A stretch of 64,000 nt of DNA from Paragordius varius (lineage: Eukaryota; Animalia; Nematomorpha): NCBI GenBank assembly GCA_964247055.1, contig OZ176052.1:4526001-4590000 (forward strand), written 5' to 3'. The position numbers were made by a program, and so were the translations under genes. The notes beneath the pieces are model-generated. The model was not told the DNA's origin. It saw nothing but the letters and a program-made list of their open reading frames with translations, and did no database searches. Below are positions 51,301 through 64,000 of this stretch, piece after piece; position 1 is the first letter of the stretch; each line of letters opens with the position of its first letter.

Positions 51301-51623
51301 GCCTAATCAAAAAAGTGGCTCGGCTATGTTCAGCGCAATCGAAAATAAGTAAACAAAAATTATATTTAAAATTGAATGGTCCAACACGTTCTCCGGAAAA
51401 TTGTCTCAAAGACACGATTTTTGTGGACTTGTGTTTTCAAAAAAACCCGTTTTCCATACAGGGTGGGCCCGAACTGGGGGCCTATTTCAAAAAAAAGGGC
51501 GAAGCTATTGTCGGGGCATTCATTAATGATTATATTTTTTCGATATTTGGATTTGATTGGGTCTACCGGTTTTCCTGTGCCAGATCACAAAGCCAGGATT
51601 TTCCATTTTTATAAATATATAGA
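48376..51623 (-). mobile_element. Second copy of the same non-autonomous Helitron family (inverted), with fewer internal repeats and a nested insertion
   Basis: Reverse complement of the same 3' end (hairpins + CTAG|T) at 48376-48440, the same 5' A|TCTATATATTTATAAAA at 51623, and internal units homologous to 11547-16965. Confidence 0.85.
48520..49980. mobile_element. Non-autonomous hAT-like DNA transposon nested in the Helitron
   Basis: TIRs TAATGTGACCAGATA / TATCTGGTCACTTTA (14/15 match) flanked by an 8-bp direct duplication ATTTTTAT (48512-48519, 49981-49988); removing it restores CATTTTCCATTTTTATAAATATATAG. Confidence 0.85.
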
Positions 51624-52276
51624 TTACTTTTTATAACCACCTTGATTTTTTAACGCTCCGTAAGTTTATTTATATAATTTAATATGTAACAGCTCATGGT
51701 ATGGCCTAATTCTATGTATTCACGGCATTCTAGGGACTTTAGACATATTTTTTTAAACTCTTGGATCAGTGCAGAAAAATACCATTACTAAATATATATA
51801 TTCATTAGTTTTTTATTTTTACATAATTAATTAAGCATACAGCAAAAAAATAGCATAAATAATAAACTTCAATATATACAATCCTCAATTCTCAACAAAA
51901 CTTAAACAATTCCAATCTAACTTATTTTATTATAATTTAATTTAGTAAAATTAAGCAAAACTTGCAATTATTTTTTATCATCAAAAGTTGATTAATAAGC
52001 ATTTATTATCATTAAAGCAATATTTCATATAAATAAATGCATATTATATAAATATTTTTAAAACACATTTGTTGTAACATATACCCCGTAAAGTGTCCAA
52101 CATGAGGAAAATCACAAATATCAAATAAAAAATTTTATTATGAAAAAAGCTATTGATATTTCTTAAACAAATTTTGTGAATATGTCTTTCAAATTATTCG
52201 CAAGGATGTTGTTCAGATGTCAAAATAGTTAATAACTTTTGCCTGAAATTATTAATAGTTATAGAAATAAATAATA

Positions 52277-52822
52277 CTAGCTGGCCCTGTTACGCTTCGC
52301 TGTGACGTAACTTCTTATTCTTAATAATTTGCAATAAATAAGGTAATGATTAAAAAAAACTTATTTAAAATAAATATCTTTAATTATTATTTTAGGGTTT
52401 TTGCATAGGTTCAAATACGTTTACTCAAAAATGTCCATATTTAAACCTCCCTCTATTAAAATTAATATTCAACTATCATTAAATTTATTATAGTTTTAAG
52501 AAATCATGGTTAAAAGTTTTATTCTGAAATTGTGTTCACACAGTGGGATCAAGTAATAAAAGTCAATCATTTGTGCTCCTTTTTAAAGAAAATAGGATAA
52601 TATACAAGTTTCCCAGAAATGGGCTTATCTGAACTGGTGTTTCTTATTTTGAAATTTAGCTCCAAAACCAGATTTATATATGGCGTCCCAGTTCTAAATC
52701 GGCAGACCCCTACCCATAGACATATATGGAAAAACGCGGTAAATACATTGCTTTTACAGGGCAAATATTTGAAATAATAAAATTAAATTATCAAACATTT
52801 CTCTCATGTATTATATAAAAGA
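52277..52822 (-). mobile_element. Short Helitron-like element of a different family
   Basis: Minus strand GTTACG...CGTAAC hairpin ~12 nt before CTAG|T at 52277; the 5' end (TCTTTTATATAAT near 52822) is tentative. Confidence 0.5.
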
Positions 52823-53542
52823 GCTTATATTTTTTCAGTTTTGGGACTTCCAGAGTACAAAATTGCGACTAGATTGAAACGAATAGTAATATATAACCAA
52901 AATATATCAAGCTTTTTCTGGTAAATGTAGCTAACCTTTTAAATTAATTATTTACATATTTTAAACCACAGTAGACATTAATTTACCTGTTGCAATACCA
53001 AAATAAAAAAAAATATTAGAAAAAAATTACAGCAAAAAGGTTTAAGAAAAGGAATTTTTAACAATTTAACATTATCTAAAAAAGATTTTTATACATCACG
53101 CCTAAGAGAGCAAAATATCTTTAAATTCAGCTTCATACCTTAAATACTTTTTAAGATATTTATTCTCAAATCCTCTGCGTTAACTACCCCAAAAGAAATA
53201 GAATGTTAAATTTGAAAACAGTATTTGTGGTCTACCAATTTGCCAACGTTAAATAACATTTTTAATGCAAAAAATGCTTAGTTTTTTTCACAAAATACAG
53301 AATATAAATTTTCTATAACAGAATTTCGAATATATCTATATAAATAAATTTTTATGTATTCCCACCTATTTCCAGGGCGGTTTACATCCTATTAGTGGTG
53401 TAGGTCGTTGTTAACGATAATTTCTGTCAAAATGTTAATGAAAAATATTATAAAACAAATCTATAATATTCCTTATATGAAAATTTATTAATAAACATTT
53501 AGTTGGTTGGTTTGTAATTTTTACACACGATTTTCTATTCAT

Positions 53543-63896
<10,354 letters not shown>

Positions 63897-64000
63897 TAAA
63901 ATAATTTGTGCCATCGTTTTTTGTTGCATATATTAAGCTTTTTGTTTAGTAATATTATACTGTGAGGTGTAATTAAATAATGTTTTTGTAATTCAATTTT

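Overview
AT-rich, intron-rich eukaryotic (invertebrate-like) genomic DNA, not prokaryotic. Host genes: a TCF21/musculin-type bHLH gene, a neprilysin/ECE (M13) peptidase, adenylosuccinate synthetase, a TMEM8/PGAP6-family gene, VCP/p97 (runs off the window end) and a U6 snRNA gene. The main feature is an apparently intact, full-length site-specific non-LTR retrotransposon (zinc fingers + RT + restriction-like endonuclease; Utopia-type) inserted into the branch-site-recognition region of a U2 snRNA gene. Its 5' end carries a short antisense copy of the upstream U2 segment, and the branch-site-pairing motif at the junction is altered. Other elements: two copies of a non-autonomous Helitron with internal ~1.06-kb tandem arrays (one carrying a nested hAT element), a degenerate minimal hammerhead ribozyme in a neprilysin intron, decayed RT and mariner remnants, and several MITE families. 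All calls were made by eye from the sequence and ORF track; no database searches were run, and exon boundaries are approximate.
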